From the IMG/VR virus record IMGVR_UViG_3300037419_000544: 40,350 bases of DNA; one strand, written 5' to 3'. The notes below the pieces were generated by a model, which was not told the DNA's origin, did no database searches, and was given only the letters and a program-made list of their open reading frames with translations. Positions 25,255 to 33,629 of the stretch are shown one piece after another. The DNA is from a virus. Position numbers and translations under genes: made by a program. Numbering within the stretch: the stretch's first letter is position 1; every line of letters begins with the position of its first letter.

Positions 25255-27393
25255 ATGAGTGGAGTCGTCCCAGCCAATCCCAAAAGGCAGTTTGCCAGTT
25301 CCTCCGGATCCCCCCTGTCTGGCGGAACCATTACGGTCTACGCAGCCGGGACCACGACGCCGGTAACCACCTGGCAAGACAGCGCGCTTTCGACTCCGAA
25401 CACGAACCCTATCACGCTCGACTCGCGCGGGGAATGCGTGATTTGGGGGGACCCTAGCCAAACGTACAAATGGGTCGTCAAGGACGCTTCGGGGGTAACC
25501 CAATACACCGTTGACAACGTGCCGGGGAGCGCAGCCGGAGCAGCGGCACAGGTTACGTTCATTCAAGGAGGCACTGGAGCGCAGCCGAGGGATTCTCAGT
25601 CCAAGATGCGCGACATCATCGACCTGCGCGACTTCATGACGGGGGCTGAGCAGGCGGACCTTGTGAACTCCACTCCGAGCTTTGACCTTACCTCCAAGCT
25701 CGCGGCGGCACAGACCCAAGCCGAGACATTCGGGGCGAGCAACGCTCGGTATCCGAATATTCAACTTCCCGCTGGGACGATTGGCCTGGCCGGCTTCCAG
25801 TGGACGAAGAACGTTTCGGTCATGGGGAAGGAGGTAGGGAACACCCGCCTTCTCTATGTGGGGTCTGGTGGTGCCGGGACGTACCTGATTGGGATTGCTG
25901 CCGGGGCGGGGTCGGTGCCTTACGCCGGCTTCTACAACATGACGCTGGACGGCTACGACGCCAACACCAGCACCGGCAACGTCGCCGAAAACTGCATCCT
26001 GAACCTCGGGACGAACCTCGATTGGGGGTTCAAGCTGAACAACATGCAGTTTCGCATGTGCTTTGGCGATGCACTGCAACTGCGCGGCACCTCCTCGGTC
26101 TTCGTGCACCTGTTCATGCACCGACTGCGCTTCGATGGCGTTGGTGGTCATGCGATCTTCTGCGGCCACAACAACACCGGCAACGGCTCGCCTCTGGTGC
26201 TGGACGATTTCACGATGGACAACAACCTGTCCGGGAACTTCGCCACCCGGATGCAGGCGCTAGGGTTCTACGACGGCTCTCGATGGGGTAAGGGCCTGCT
26301 GCGAATCGATGACGGTCAAGGCGTTGTTGCCAGCATCAGGGATGCGCGGATCGAGTTGAACAAGAAGCTGATCGTCTTCGGCGGCACGACCAGCCTGATT
26401 TACTCCAACAACACGATTGGCGGTTCGCGCACCTCCATTTCTGCCTCCCGCGTCACCGGTCAGGGCAACGCTGGTCAGTCTGTCATCTTCTGCAAGGACG
26501 TGACGAACCGGACGGACTTCGACTATTCCGGCATCGGCATGAGCAACCTTGGCAAGGTGTTCGAGTCGACCACGGCTGAGCGCGACATCCCGCGCAACCT
26601 TGCAGGATTCGGAAGCAACCAGTCAAACACCGCACTTCAGGTTGGCATCGGGATCTACGGCCATCAGGTCGAATTCCGCTCGCAGGCACCGGAGCAGATC
26701 GCCGGAGTGTCGAACTACTACAAGTTCGGCGACCTGACCTTCAACACCAGCACGACGGCGGGACGCGCTGCTATCTGGCAATGCAAGGTCCCGACCTCCG
26801 GCTTTGCCCGCCCGAACTCCAACAGCATCACGACGACCGCTGTCGTTACATCCGGCAGTGCGGTGGTGTCCATTTCTTCGGCCTCGATCACCAACTTCCC
26901 GGTTGGCCTGCAAATCACGATCAACGGGGCCGGCCCCGCTGCGGCGAATCTTTCCACATTCGTAACTGCGGTAGATGAGAGTGCGAACACCATCACGGTG
27001 AACGACGTTCCTTCGACCAGCGTGAATCCAGCAACGATCACGTTCACGACGGCGGCGTTCGCTCCGATCCTGTATGTGCCGGGAATTTCGGCCGATAACG
27101 GCAACAACAGCGTCACCGCAACACTGGGGAGCAGCTTCCCTACGCAGTGGTTTAACACGCCTCTGACGGCAGACAAGACCGTAACCCTGGCTACCAGCGC
27201 GGCACAGATCGGTACGGTGGCGCAGGCCAACGGAGGAAAGTTCCGCATCGTTCGAGGGCCCAGCGCAACCGGCGCATTCAACATCAATATCGCGCATTCC
27301 ACCGGAACGAAGGCGCTCAGTGCGGCGAGCACTTGGGCGGATTTCGAATTTAACGGAGTCGCGTGGACCTTGACTGCGGCGGGGTCGCTGTGA
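25255..27393 (+). CDS. Tailspike / receptor-binding protein with probable right-handed beta-helix depolymerase domain
   Basis: The N-terminus GSPLSGGTITVYAAGTTTPVTTWQDSALSTPNTNPITLDSRGE is typical of podovirus fibre/spike heads. Long repetitive G/N/T-rich body. Last structural gene, as P22 gene 9. Confidence 0.7.
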   Translation: MSGVVPANPKRQFASSSGSPLSGGTITVYAAGTTTPVTTWQDSALSTPNTNPITLDSRGECVIWGDPSQTYKWVVKDASGVTQYTVDNVPGSAAGAAAQVTFIQGGTGAQPRDSQSKMRDIIDLRDFMTGAEQADLVNSTPSFDLTSKLAAAQTQAETFGASNARYPNIQLPAGTIGLAGFQWTKNVSVMGKEVGNTRLLYVGSGGAGTYLIGIAAGAGSVPYAGFYNMTLDGYDANTSTGNVAENCILNLGTNLDWGFKLNNMQFRMCFGDALQLRGTSSVFVHLFMHRLRFDGVGGHAIFCGHNNTGNGSPLVLDDFTMDNNLSGNFATRMQALGFYDGSRWGKGLLRIDDGQGVVASIRDARIELNKKLIVFGGTTSLIYSNNTIGGSRTSISASRVTGQGNAGQSVIFCKDVTNRTDFDYSGIGMSNLGKVFESTTAERDIPRNLAGFGSNQSNTALQVGIGIYGHQVEFRSQAPEQIAGVSNYYKFGDLTFNTSTTAGRAAIWQCKVPTSGFARPNSNSITTTAVVTSGSAVVSISSASITNFPVGLQITINGAGPAAANLSTFVTAVDESANTITVNDVPSTSVNPATITFTTAAFAPILYVPGISADNGNNSVTATLGSSFPTQWFNTPLTADKTVTLATSAAQIGTVAQANGGKFRIVRGPSATGAFNINIAHSTGTKALSAASTWADFEFNGVAWTLTAAGSL

Positions 27394-27683
27394 TGCAGCG
27401 CGTCTACCTCTGGATCTGCAAGCGCTGGGGCCCTGTGCACCTGACGCTAAGCGCTCTCCCCAAAAAAGCATGGCGTCGCATCTGCGCGCTGTACGTGCTG
27501 GCCTGCCAGAACTTGCGCAAGGACCGCCTCACGCTCTCCGCGTGGGCATGGAAGCACTACCGCGAGACGGGCGATTCATGGGCGCGCAACCGAATTGACG
27601 GCCTGGCACTCCTAGTCGCCGGCCAGCGCGATCACTGCGCGTCTCAGTATGCGCGCGAAACCGATCCTCTCACCAAGCAGTAA
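27393..27683 (+). CDS. Hypothetical protein between tailspike and holin
   Basis: TGATG overlap with the tailspike stop. 96 aa, W/R/C-rich. Confidence 0.5.
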   Translation: MQRVYLWICKRWGPVHLTLSALPKKAWRRICALYVLACQNLRKDRLTLSAWAWKHYRETGDSWARNRIDGLALLVAGQRDHCASQYARETDPLTKQ

Positions 27684-27692
27684 AGGGAAATC

Positions 27693-27887
27693 GTGGTTCA
27701 GAAAGCAAGCGAGACGGTCGGCTACGGCGGATCTGTGACGGCGTTCGTCTTCGGGTTGACGCCGGGGGATTGGCAGGTCGTCGGCGTGATTGGTGGCCTT
27801 GTGTTGGGTGCAGCTGGTTTCCTGTTCAACGCCTGGCTCGGGTGGCGACGGGATCAGCGCGAGGAGCGCGCAAAGGGGACTCAATGA
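27693..27887 (+). CDS. Holin-like protein (two TM segments, charged C-terminus)
   Basis: VTAFVFGL...VVGVIGGLVLGAAGFLFNAWLGW followed by RRDQREERAK. Lies upstream of the endolysin. Confidence 0.65.
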   Translation: MVQKASETVGYGGSVTAFVFGLTPGDWQVVGVIGGLVLGAAGFLFNAWLGWRRDQREERAKGTQ

Positions 27888-28105
27888 AACTCGTTGACGA
27901 TTGCAAGGCGGTTTGGCGGCACTACTCCACCATCGCGCTGACCATGGCTGGCGGCTTGCAGGGCATGTGGGCGAGCCTGCCTGATTCCGTGCACGCCGAT
28001 CTACCGACGTGGGTCGGCAAGACGGTTGCGTGGGTGACGCTCACCGTCGCTTTGGGTGGACTGGCCGGCAAGTTCATCGACCAAGCGCCGAAGGACAAGC
28101 CGTGA
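27884..28105 (+). CDS. Second holin/antiholin-like membrane protein
   Basis: ATGA overlap. Segments WRHYSTIALTMAGGLQGMW and VAWVTLTVALGGLAG. Confidence 0.6.
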   Translation: MKLVDDCKAVWRHYSTIALTMAGGLQGMWASLPDSVHADLPTWVGKTVAWVTLTVALGGLAGKFIDQAPKDKP

Positions 28106-28626
28106 CGCCGAAGGATCTGTGCGCTCTAGGTGTGCGTATTGACCGCGCGCAGACCTACCTACCGTTTCTGGAAGACGCCATGCACGAATTCCAGATCAAC
28201 ACGCCCGCAAGGCAAGCCGCTTTCCTCGCGCAGATCCTGCATGAAAGCGGGCTGCTTCGGTGGCCTGTAGAGATTTGGGGGCCGACTTCCGCGCAGGCTC
28301 GCTATGACACCCGCTACGACCTAGGGAACGTGGCTCCCGGAGACGGGTTCAAGTACCGGGGCAGGGGGCTCATTCAGCTCACCGGACGGGCGAACTACAA
28401 GAAGGCCGGCGATGCCCTCGGAGAGGACCTCATCGTCCATCCCGAACTGCTCGGGGAGCCTGCGCTTGCCTGCCGCTCCGCCGCGTGGTTCTGGAAGGCG
28501 CACGGCTGCAATGAACTGGCAGACGCGGGGGATTTCGAGCACATCACCAAGCGCATCAACGGCGGCTTGAATGGCTACGCGGAACGTCTTGGGCTGTGGG
28601 AGAAGGCGAAAGAGGCGCTCGCGTGA
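28102..28626 (+). CDS. Endolysin, glycoside hydrolase family 19 (chitinase-like)
   Basis: AAFLAQILHESG...FKYRGRGLIQLTGRANY...INGGLNG are hallmark GH19 motifs. GTGA overlap. Confidence 0.85.
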   Translation: MTPKDLCALGVRIDRAQTYLPFLEDAMHEFQINTPARQAAFLAQILHESGLLRWPVEIWGPTSAQARYDTRYDLGNVAPGDGFKYRGRGLIQLTGRANYKKAGDALGEDLIVHPELLGEPALACRSAAWFWKAHGCNELADAGDFEHITKRINGGLNGYAERLGLWEKAKEALA

Positions 28627-28748
28627 AAGGGAAGGCCCCCGAAGCGCAATGCAATCTTGGCGGAGTGCACGCTTCGGAGGCCCTGGCGCCACCTTGCTGG
28701 TGTACCCACGCCCACCGCGAGATGGAACGTGCAGAAGGATTCTGACCG

Positions 28749-29138
28749 ATGCCAACCATCTTCGCAAGCCTCTACGTCCGCCTTCTAAGCGTCGCTGCCC
28801 TAGTGGCAGCACTCCTCCTAGGCTGGCACTTCCTCACCTCCCACTACGACAGCCAAGGCTACGAACGAGCCAAGGCAGAAGACAAGCAAGCCTCGGACGA
28901 GCAAGCCGAGCGAAACCGCGAGCTACAGAGACAGGCCGAGCGCAATTACGTCGTGAAGCGCGAGGCACAGGATCACTTCATCGTCACCACCATCAAGGAA
29001 ATCGAGCATGCCGCAGCGCCTCTTGCTACTTGTCCCTTGCCTCCTGACCTTGTGCGCTTGCTCAACGACGCCAACCATTGCGCCTCGGGAGATTCCCCCG
29101 CCTCCTGCGGCGCTGCTGATGAAGTGCCCAAGCCCTGA
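28749..29138 (+). CDS. i-spanin (Rz-like)
   Basis: N-terminal TM (LLSVAALVAALLLGW) followed by a charged coiled coil. Confidence 0.7.
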   Translation: MPTIFASLYVRLLSVAALVAALLLGWHFLTSHYDSQGYERAKAEDKQASDEQAERNRELQRQAERNYVVKREAQDHFIVTTIKEIEHAAAPLATCPLPPDLVRLLNDANHCASGDSPASCGAADEVPKP

Positions 29139-29256
29139 CGACCTTCCGGACGCAACTACTGCCAACGAGCTTGCTGAGTTCGCCGCTGGTGCTCTGAAGT
29201 TCGGAGCCTGCGAGCACTCTCGTTCGCTTGGGTTGCTGGAAGCCTGGCCGCGATGA
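29008..29256 (+). CDS. o-spanin (Rz1-like lipoprotein), overlapping the 3' part of Rz in another frame
   Basis: Signal peptide plus lipobox LLTLCAC. Pro-rich mature part. Starts inside Rz and extends beyond it. Confidence 0.7.
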   Translation: MPQRLLLLVPCLLTLCACSTTPTIAPREIPPPPAALLMKCPSPDDLPDATTANELAEFAAGALKFGACEHSRSLGLLEAWPR

Positions 29257-29678
29257 CGACGATCCTGGCAGACGCCAAAAAGCGCGTGATGGTCTGCGAC
29301 AGCAAGGCCACTCTTGATGGCTTGTGGTTCCCCATCACGAAGGTCTATCAGATCGAGGGGGAGTTGATCGGGTTCGCCGGACTCGCCACCGAGGGGACGC
29401 AATGGCTCGATTGGTACGCCAACGGCCAGCGCGGGAGGATGCCAAGTATCAACAACGTTACCCCCATGATCCTGTCCGAGAACGGGGTGAGCGTTGTCGA
29501 GTCCAGTGGCCGATTCGTCCGAGTTGAACGCGGGTTCCACGCCATCGGGTCAGGTGGGAACGCTGCTCTTGGGGCGTTCATGGCTGGCGTTGACGCCAAG
29601 AAGGCCGTCGAGATTGCCTGCCAGATCGACGCCGGTTCCGGCGGCCAGATTCACGTACACAAACTCAAGGCGCAGTAA
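29253..29678 (+). CDS. HslV / proteasome-beta-like Ntn threonine peptidase (minimal, 141 aa)
   Basis: MTTILA (Thr1), CDSKATL (HslV GDGQATL), ITKVYQI...LIGFAG (HslV VKKVRRL...IAGFAG) and AIGSGGNAALGA (HslV AIGSGGPYAQAA). ATGA coupling to Rz1. Confidence 0.6.
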   Translation: MTTILADAKKRVMVCDSKATLDGLWFPITKVYQIEGELIGFAGLATEGTQWLDWYANGQRGRMPSINNVTPMILSENGVSVVESSGRFVRVERGFHAIGSGGNAALGAFMAGVDAKKAVEIACQIDAGSGGQIHVHKLKAQ

Positions 29679-30511
29679 TGGGGAAGAAGATTCTCGTTCT
29701 GCCGGATGTTCAGGCGAAGCCGGGAAATGACTTCTCATTCCTCCGCCGCATCGGCGCTTACATGGTGGAGAAGAAGCCCGATATCGTTGTCTGCGGCGGG
29801 GACTTCAGCGACATGGCCTCGCTCAGCTCATACGACCGGGGTAAGAAGTCATTTGAAGGTAGGCGCTACAAGAGGGATGTAGAAGCGGCCCAATTCGCGA
29901 TGCAGGCTTTCCTGGCGCCTCTGACCGAATACAACTCCATGCGCCGGAAAAACAAGAAGTCGGAATACAAGCCGCGCATGGTCCTGACTCTCGGGAATCA
30001 CGAAGCTCGCATCACCAGAGCGTGCGAAGATGACCCGAAACTAGACGGCGTGCTGTCCATCAAGGATCTTGCCTACGGTGAGTACGGCTGGGAGGTGTAC
30101 CCGTTCCTAGAGGTTGTCGTCGTGGAGGGGATCGCGTTCTCCCACTACTTCACATCCGGCGTGATGGGGCGTCCGGTGACGAGTGCTCAGGCCCTGCTGA
30201 CGAAGAAACACCAATCCTGCATCGCCTTCCACCAACAGGGACTCCAGATTGCGACCGGCTACAGGGCGGATGGCGCCCTGTTGACTGCCGTCATCTGCGG
30301 CAGCGCCTACGAGCACTCCGAGGATTACCTTGGTCCGCAGGGGAACAACCATTGGCGCGGGTTCCTGATGCTGCATGCGGTGAAGGACGGAAGCTTCGAT
30401 CTGATGCCCGTCAGCCTGGAGTACATCAACAGGAAGTACCCGGAAATCCGCTACGAGACTCCGGCGTACTCAATGCCCACGGCCGAAGAAATCGCGGCTG
30501 GGCGGATGTAG
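29678..30511 (+). CDS. Calcineurin-like metallophosphoesterase
   Basis: LVLPDVQ, VCGGDFSD and LTLGNHEARI metallophosphatase motifs. The ATG shares one base with the upstream TAA. Confidence 0.75.
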   Translation: MGKKILVLPDVQAKPGNDFSFLRRIGAYMVEKKPDIVVCGGDFSDMASLSSYDRGKKSFEGRRYKRDVEAAQFAMQAFLAPLTEYNSMRRKNKKSEYKPRMVLTLGNHEARITRACEDDPKLDGVLSIKDLAYGEYGWEVYPFLEVVVVEGIAFSHYFTSGVMGRPVTSAQALLTKKHQSCIAFHQQGLQIATGYRADGALLTAVICGSAYEHSEDYLGPQGNNHWRGFLMLHAVKDGSFDLMPVSLEYINRKYPEIRYETPAYSMPTAEEIAAGRM

Positions 30512-30524
30512 CGCAAATACGAGT

Positions 30525-30549
30525 AAATGCCATTTACTGGCATTTTCCC
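30525..30549 (+). terminator. Weak hairpin terminator at the end of the late operon
   Basis: AAATGCCA-TTTAC-TGGCATTT followed by TCC. The T-run is partly inside the stem. Confidence 0.4.
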
Positions 30550-30565
30550 TGCGCTGTTCGATTCG

Positions 30566-30593
30566 CAAAAGAAAGCCCGCACAGGCGGCGGGC
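30566..30593 (-). terminator. Intrinsic terminator ending the leftward operon
   Basis: Minus-strand GCCCGC-loop-GCGGGC followed by TTTCTTTTG. Confidence 0.7.
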
Positions 30594-30684
30594 CAAGGAT
30601 CTACCGGCTTGGGAACTTGCCGGGCCGCAGGGGGTTGCGGCGAGGTGATTATGCTCCTTGGCTCTGGCTTGTTTCAGTGATGGA

Positions 30685-31020
30685 CTACCCGTGTCGGATG
30701 GCGGCGGCGCGCATGGATAGGGCTCGATGGCGTAAGACAGTGGCCGCGTGGGCAAGCGCACCAGCTCCAGCGTCCGGTGGCGGCTTAGACATGGCCGCCT
30801 CCCACATCTCATCGCCAATCCGCTTAATTTCATCGGCGACAGCTTGGCGAGCATATTCGCGCATCTGGTCGGCGGTAAAGACATCCGGTACAGCGAGCTT
30901 CCCGAGAATGTTTGGAGTCTCAGGCAGCAGCGGCAGTTGCACATCTTCCATTTCATCCCTTCCTGATAGCAGCGCATCGCCCAGGATGCCTTCCTCAATC
31001 AGCCTCAGTCCTTCCGTCAT
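30685..31020 (-). CDS. Hypothetical protein (last gene of the leftward operon)
   Basis: 111-aa ORF followed by the terminator. Confidence 0.55.
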   Translation of the reverse strand: MTEGLRLIEEGILGDALLSGRDEMEDVQLPLLPETPNILGKLAVPDVFTADQMREYARQAVADEIKRIGDEMWEAAMSKPPPDAGAGALAHAATVLRHRALSMRAAAIRHG

Positions 31021-31044
31021 TGGTCATTCCTTGAGAGAGGGGAG

Positions 31045-31422
31045 TCACCGCAAAATCTGCATCTCCCCCGGCTCGTAGGGCTGAGGCCAGTTCCCCCAGC
31101 GGGTCCAGATGATCTGCTTCCAGCCATTGATTCGCATGTTGTCCAACAGGATGCGCGAGGCGTTCGGGTTGTTGCGAGCCTCGTCAAGCGACTGGATGGA
31201 ACTGTCATGGTGGTAGTACACCGGCCCAAGCTGCTCAGGCTTTCCCTCGTAGGTCTTTCCCCCGTCAATCACATCCTCTCGCTTGAAAAGGCGGAAGGCG
31301 TAGGCGTTATCAGGCCACTCCACCTTGCGCGGGTCGGCTGAGTCCGCCCGGACGGTCCAGTCGTTCACCACGAATGAACCCGGGGACCAGAAGACAACGT
31401 AATGAGTCGTTCTCTTTTCCAT
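31045..31422 (-). CDS. Hypothetical protein
   Basis: 125-aa ORF with GGAAGAGAGAG RBS region. Confidence 0.6.
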   Translation of the reverse strand: MEKRTTHYVVFWSPGSFVVNDWTVRADSADPRKVEWPDNAYAFRLFKREDVIDGGKTYEGKPEQLGPVYYHHDSSIQSLDEARNNPNASRILLDNMRINGWKQIIWTRWGNWPQPYEPGEMQILR

Positions 31423-31470
31423 CTCTCTCTTCCTAAGTGTCCGCCGAAGGCCCGGCGAGGCTCTGTCTTT

Positions 31471-31722
31471 TCAGGGGTGCTCTTTCGGCGTGGGCGGGAG
31501 TGGCATCCAGTGCGTCGGTTCAGCTTCCGCGTTCGTGTTGAAGTCGAAACAGAAGCGCCAGCCGCCAAGCGAGCCCGGTTCCCAATAAACAGGGGCTATG
31601 AATGGGCGGTAATTGCTGCGCGGGCTGCAGCAGTCTTCACCCACGTCCCAGCGAGCCGTTGACACGTGGGCGAGCACGCTGGTCCCATCCTTCGGCGCTG
31701 TCTCAATCGGCATCCATTCCAT
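31471..31722 (-). CDS. DUF551-like protein
   Basis: WMPIETAPKDGTSVL...HWMPLPPTP is the hallmark DUF551 pattern. AAGGAG RBS. Confidence 0.65.
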   Translation of the reverse strand: MEWMPIETAPKDGTSVLAHVSTARWDVGEDCCSPRSNYRPFIAPVYWEPGSLGGWRFCFDFNTNAEAEPTHWMPLPPTPKEHP

Positions 31723-31782
31723 TCCTTGCTCCTTAAATTTCAGGGGAACAGCAGCCCCGAGGGGTAACCATTCAACTAGCGA

Positions 31783-32751
31783 CTACAGGCGAGCCGCGAT
31801 CTGCTCGTTTGTCAGCCTGTAGTAGTGGTCTAGGAGGGTTTGCACCTTCCTGTGTCGGCTGATCCGCTGCAACTGTTCCACCGGCATCTTCCTCGCCATC
31901 AGCGTCAGTGCAGTCGCACGCGCATCATGGAACGTGGGGCCGTCCACCTTGGGCTGACGCACCCCGCACCCAAGGCAAGCCTTGTGGAACAAAACGGACA
32001 GTTCATTGGGTGCGACTTGCCACGGTGTGTTGGCGTAGCGGTCCATCACGCGCCGCCCTTGGTGGGTGAGAGGGAAGTCCACCAGCTTGCCGCGCCTCGT
32101 CGTCTTGCTGTCGTTGATTACGCACACCAGTCCCTGCCGGCTGGCTAGCAGGACTTCCTTGGCCCGCATGGCGGTTCTTAGGGCGATGTGGAACGCAATC
32201 CCCGCTTGCTGGGTCTTGATCCCTTGGGAGGCTTGGCAGTAGCGCAGGACGCGGCGAATCTGCCTCCAGCTCCAGACCGTCTCGCGCGGGTCCTCATTAT
32301 CGGGCCAGTCAATCCCCTCCATGGGGTTCGCTGCCATGTACTCCCACTCGATCCTGGCCTTTCGGAACAGGTTGGATAGAAGGTTGGCCTCACGGTTGAC
32401 GGTGGACCCGGTAACCGTCTTCAGGCGGTGGTCACGCCACGCTGAGACCTTCTTGCGGGTGATCGTGAGGATGGGAGTGGACTCCCCGAAGAACTCAGTG
32501 AAGTAGCCCATGCGGCGGGTCTCCCACTCCACGGCGGACTTCTTCTGCGGGCTAACTTCCCGCAAATACCTGCCCGCAACCTGCCCGAAGGTCACGCCCC
32601 GGCCGGTCTTCTCGGCCTCGATTTCCTCCTCCCGCTGGTAGCCCCACTTCCGGGCCTCGCCCTTGGTGTCGAACACCTTGGACTCGCGAACCCCCAGCTT
32701 CTCCACCTCTACCCGGAACTGACCGTGCCCGTAGGGGCGTACGTACGGCAT
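31783..32751 (-). CDS. int: Tyrosine integrase
   Basis: ALRTAMRAKE (Arg I), FHDARATALTLMA (HxxR) and SRHRKVQTLLDHYY (His/Tyr). Start at MPYVRPY after GGGAGG. The longer ORF would run through attP. Confidence 0.9.
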   Translation of the reverse strand: MPYVRPYGHGQFRVEVEKLGVRESKVFDTKGEARKWGYQREEEIEAEKTGRGVTFGQVAGRYLREVSPQKKSAVEWETRRMGYFTEFFGESTPILTITRKKVSAWRDHRLKTVTGSTVNREANLLSNLFRKARIEWEYMAANPMEGIDWPDNEDPRETVWSWRQIRRVLRYCQASQGIKTQQAGIAFHIALRTAMRAKEVLLASRQGLVCVINDSKTTRRGKLVDFPLTHQGRRVMDRYANTPWQVAPNELSVLFHKACLGCGVRQPKVDGPTFHDARATALTLMARKMPVEQLQRISRHRKVQTLLDHYYRLTNEQIAARL

Positions 32752-32770
32752 CCTGAACCTCCCGCATGTG

Positions 32771-32934
32771 TGCGGGCGATTCTGCGGGAACTTGCGGGAA
32801 TTTGAGGTGGTTGCCTGCCGATTTTCCCTCGTAATACAGAGGGATTGACAAACATCACCGACTAACGTGGTGCCGGAGAGAGGAATCGAACTCAAGAGCT
32901 AAAGTCCTCGTCTTCTGCGGGAATTTTGCGGGAA
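32771..32934 (-). other. attP: tRNA 3'-end core flanked by direct TGCGGGAA arm-type repeats
   Basis: The minus strand at 32893..32868 reads GAGTTCGATTCCTCTCTCCGGCACCA (T-loop, acceptor 3' strand, discriminator, CCA). TGCGGG[C/A][G/A]A copies start at 32771, 32783, 32793, 32916 and 32927. Confidence 0.7.
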
Positions 32935-33149
32935 CGGATGGCATGAGCCAAATCCTCGGCGGCGAAAACGCGACCCTGCGCATACGGGCTTCCGGCCTGA
33001 TAAGCGTGTCGCTCCCGGTGGTCGTCGCATTCCTGGGCTGCCGCCTCTAGGGCGGCATTCCAGACATCGCGTCCAAACTCCACATCGTCTGATTTGATGC
33101 GGAACCCCCAAACGAGGGCGCCTATTTGCCTAATCTTCTCTATGCTCAC
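32892..33149 (-). CDS. Hypothetical protein whose 3' end abuts the attP core
   Basis: GTG start in a GTGA overlap with the upstream stop. 85 aa. Confidence 0.5.
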   Translation of the reverse strand: MSIEKIRQIGALVWGFRIKSDDVEFGRDVWNAALEAAAQECDDHRERHAYQAGSPYAQGRVFAAEDLAHAIRSRKIPAEDEDFSS

Positions 33150-33454
33150 TTCTTCTCCTCCGGCTTGTCCCACTTGAACCCAGGCAGGTGCTTCTCGCAC
33201 TCTTGGTCCAGTAGCAGCTTCTTGGCGGCTTCCTTGATGGCTGCGTGCAGGGCTGGAGGGGCGTAAATTCCGCGCACCTCAGTGTGTCCCAGCATCGCTT
33301 GGCGGGCACGGAAGGCTTCCTGTTTCTCTTTATTGGTCTGTGGCATCCGCCCATAGTAAGCGTCTCGGCCCTGCTCGCCCAGAAGGCCGCATTCGATGCA
33401 GCGGTCATTCCGCTGGATTTCGCCGCCGCAGGATCGGCACCATTCCTCAGCCAT
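33146..33454 (-). CDS. Zinc-ribbon protein (CxxC...CxxC) with basic helical C-terminal half
   Basis: CRSCGGEIQRNDRCIECG. Confidence 0.55.
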   Translation of the reverse strand: MAEEWCRSCGGEIQRNDRCIECGLLGEQGRDAYYGRMPQTNKEKQEAFRARQAMLGHTEVRGIYAPPALHAAIKEAAKKLLLDQECEKHLPGFKWDKPEEKK

Positions 33455-33629
33455 GCATCAGCCTGAGAGGCGCAGCCTCCCACTCCAAGTCTGGGAATTT
33501 GGCTCGCGCTCGCTTGAGGATTCCGGCCACGCCTGACGGGCAATGCCCGAAGGATGCAGCCATGTGCGAACGGACCAACTTCCCGCGCCGGTAGAACTGG
33601 CCGGTGTTGCAGCGGACGACGTAGATCAC
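33447..33629 (-). CDS. Hypothetical small protein (60 aa, GTG start)
   Basis: GTGA overlap with the upstream stop. The longer track ORF overlaps the upstream gene. Confidence 0.45.
   Translation of the reverse strand: MIYVVRCNTGQFYRRGKLVRSHMAASFGHCPSGVAGILKRARAKFPDLEWEAAPLRLMHG

Noticed and set aside
28571-29047. 158-aa plus-strand ORF spanning the endolysin-Rz gap
   Set aside because: Its product is Arg/Pro-rich low-complexity and it overlaps the endolysin 3' end and Rz in other frames. Rz/Rz1 explain the region.
32868-32893. Intact tRNA gene
   Set aside because: Only the T-loop-to-CCA part is tRNA-like. The upstream bases do not pair with the T-stem 3' strand, and no D or anticodon arm is evident. 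It is interpreted as the attP core.
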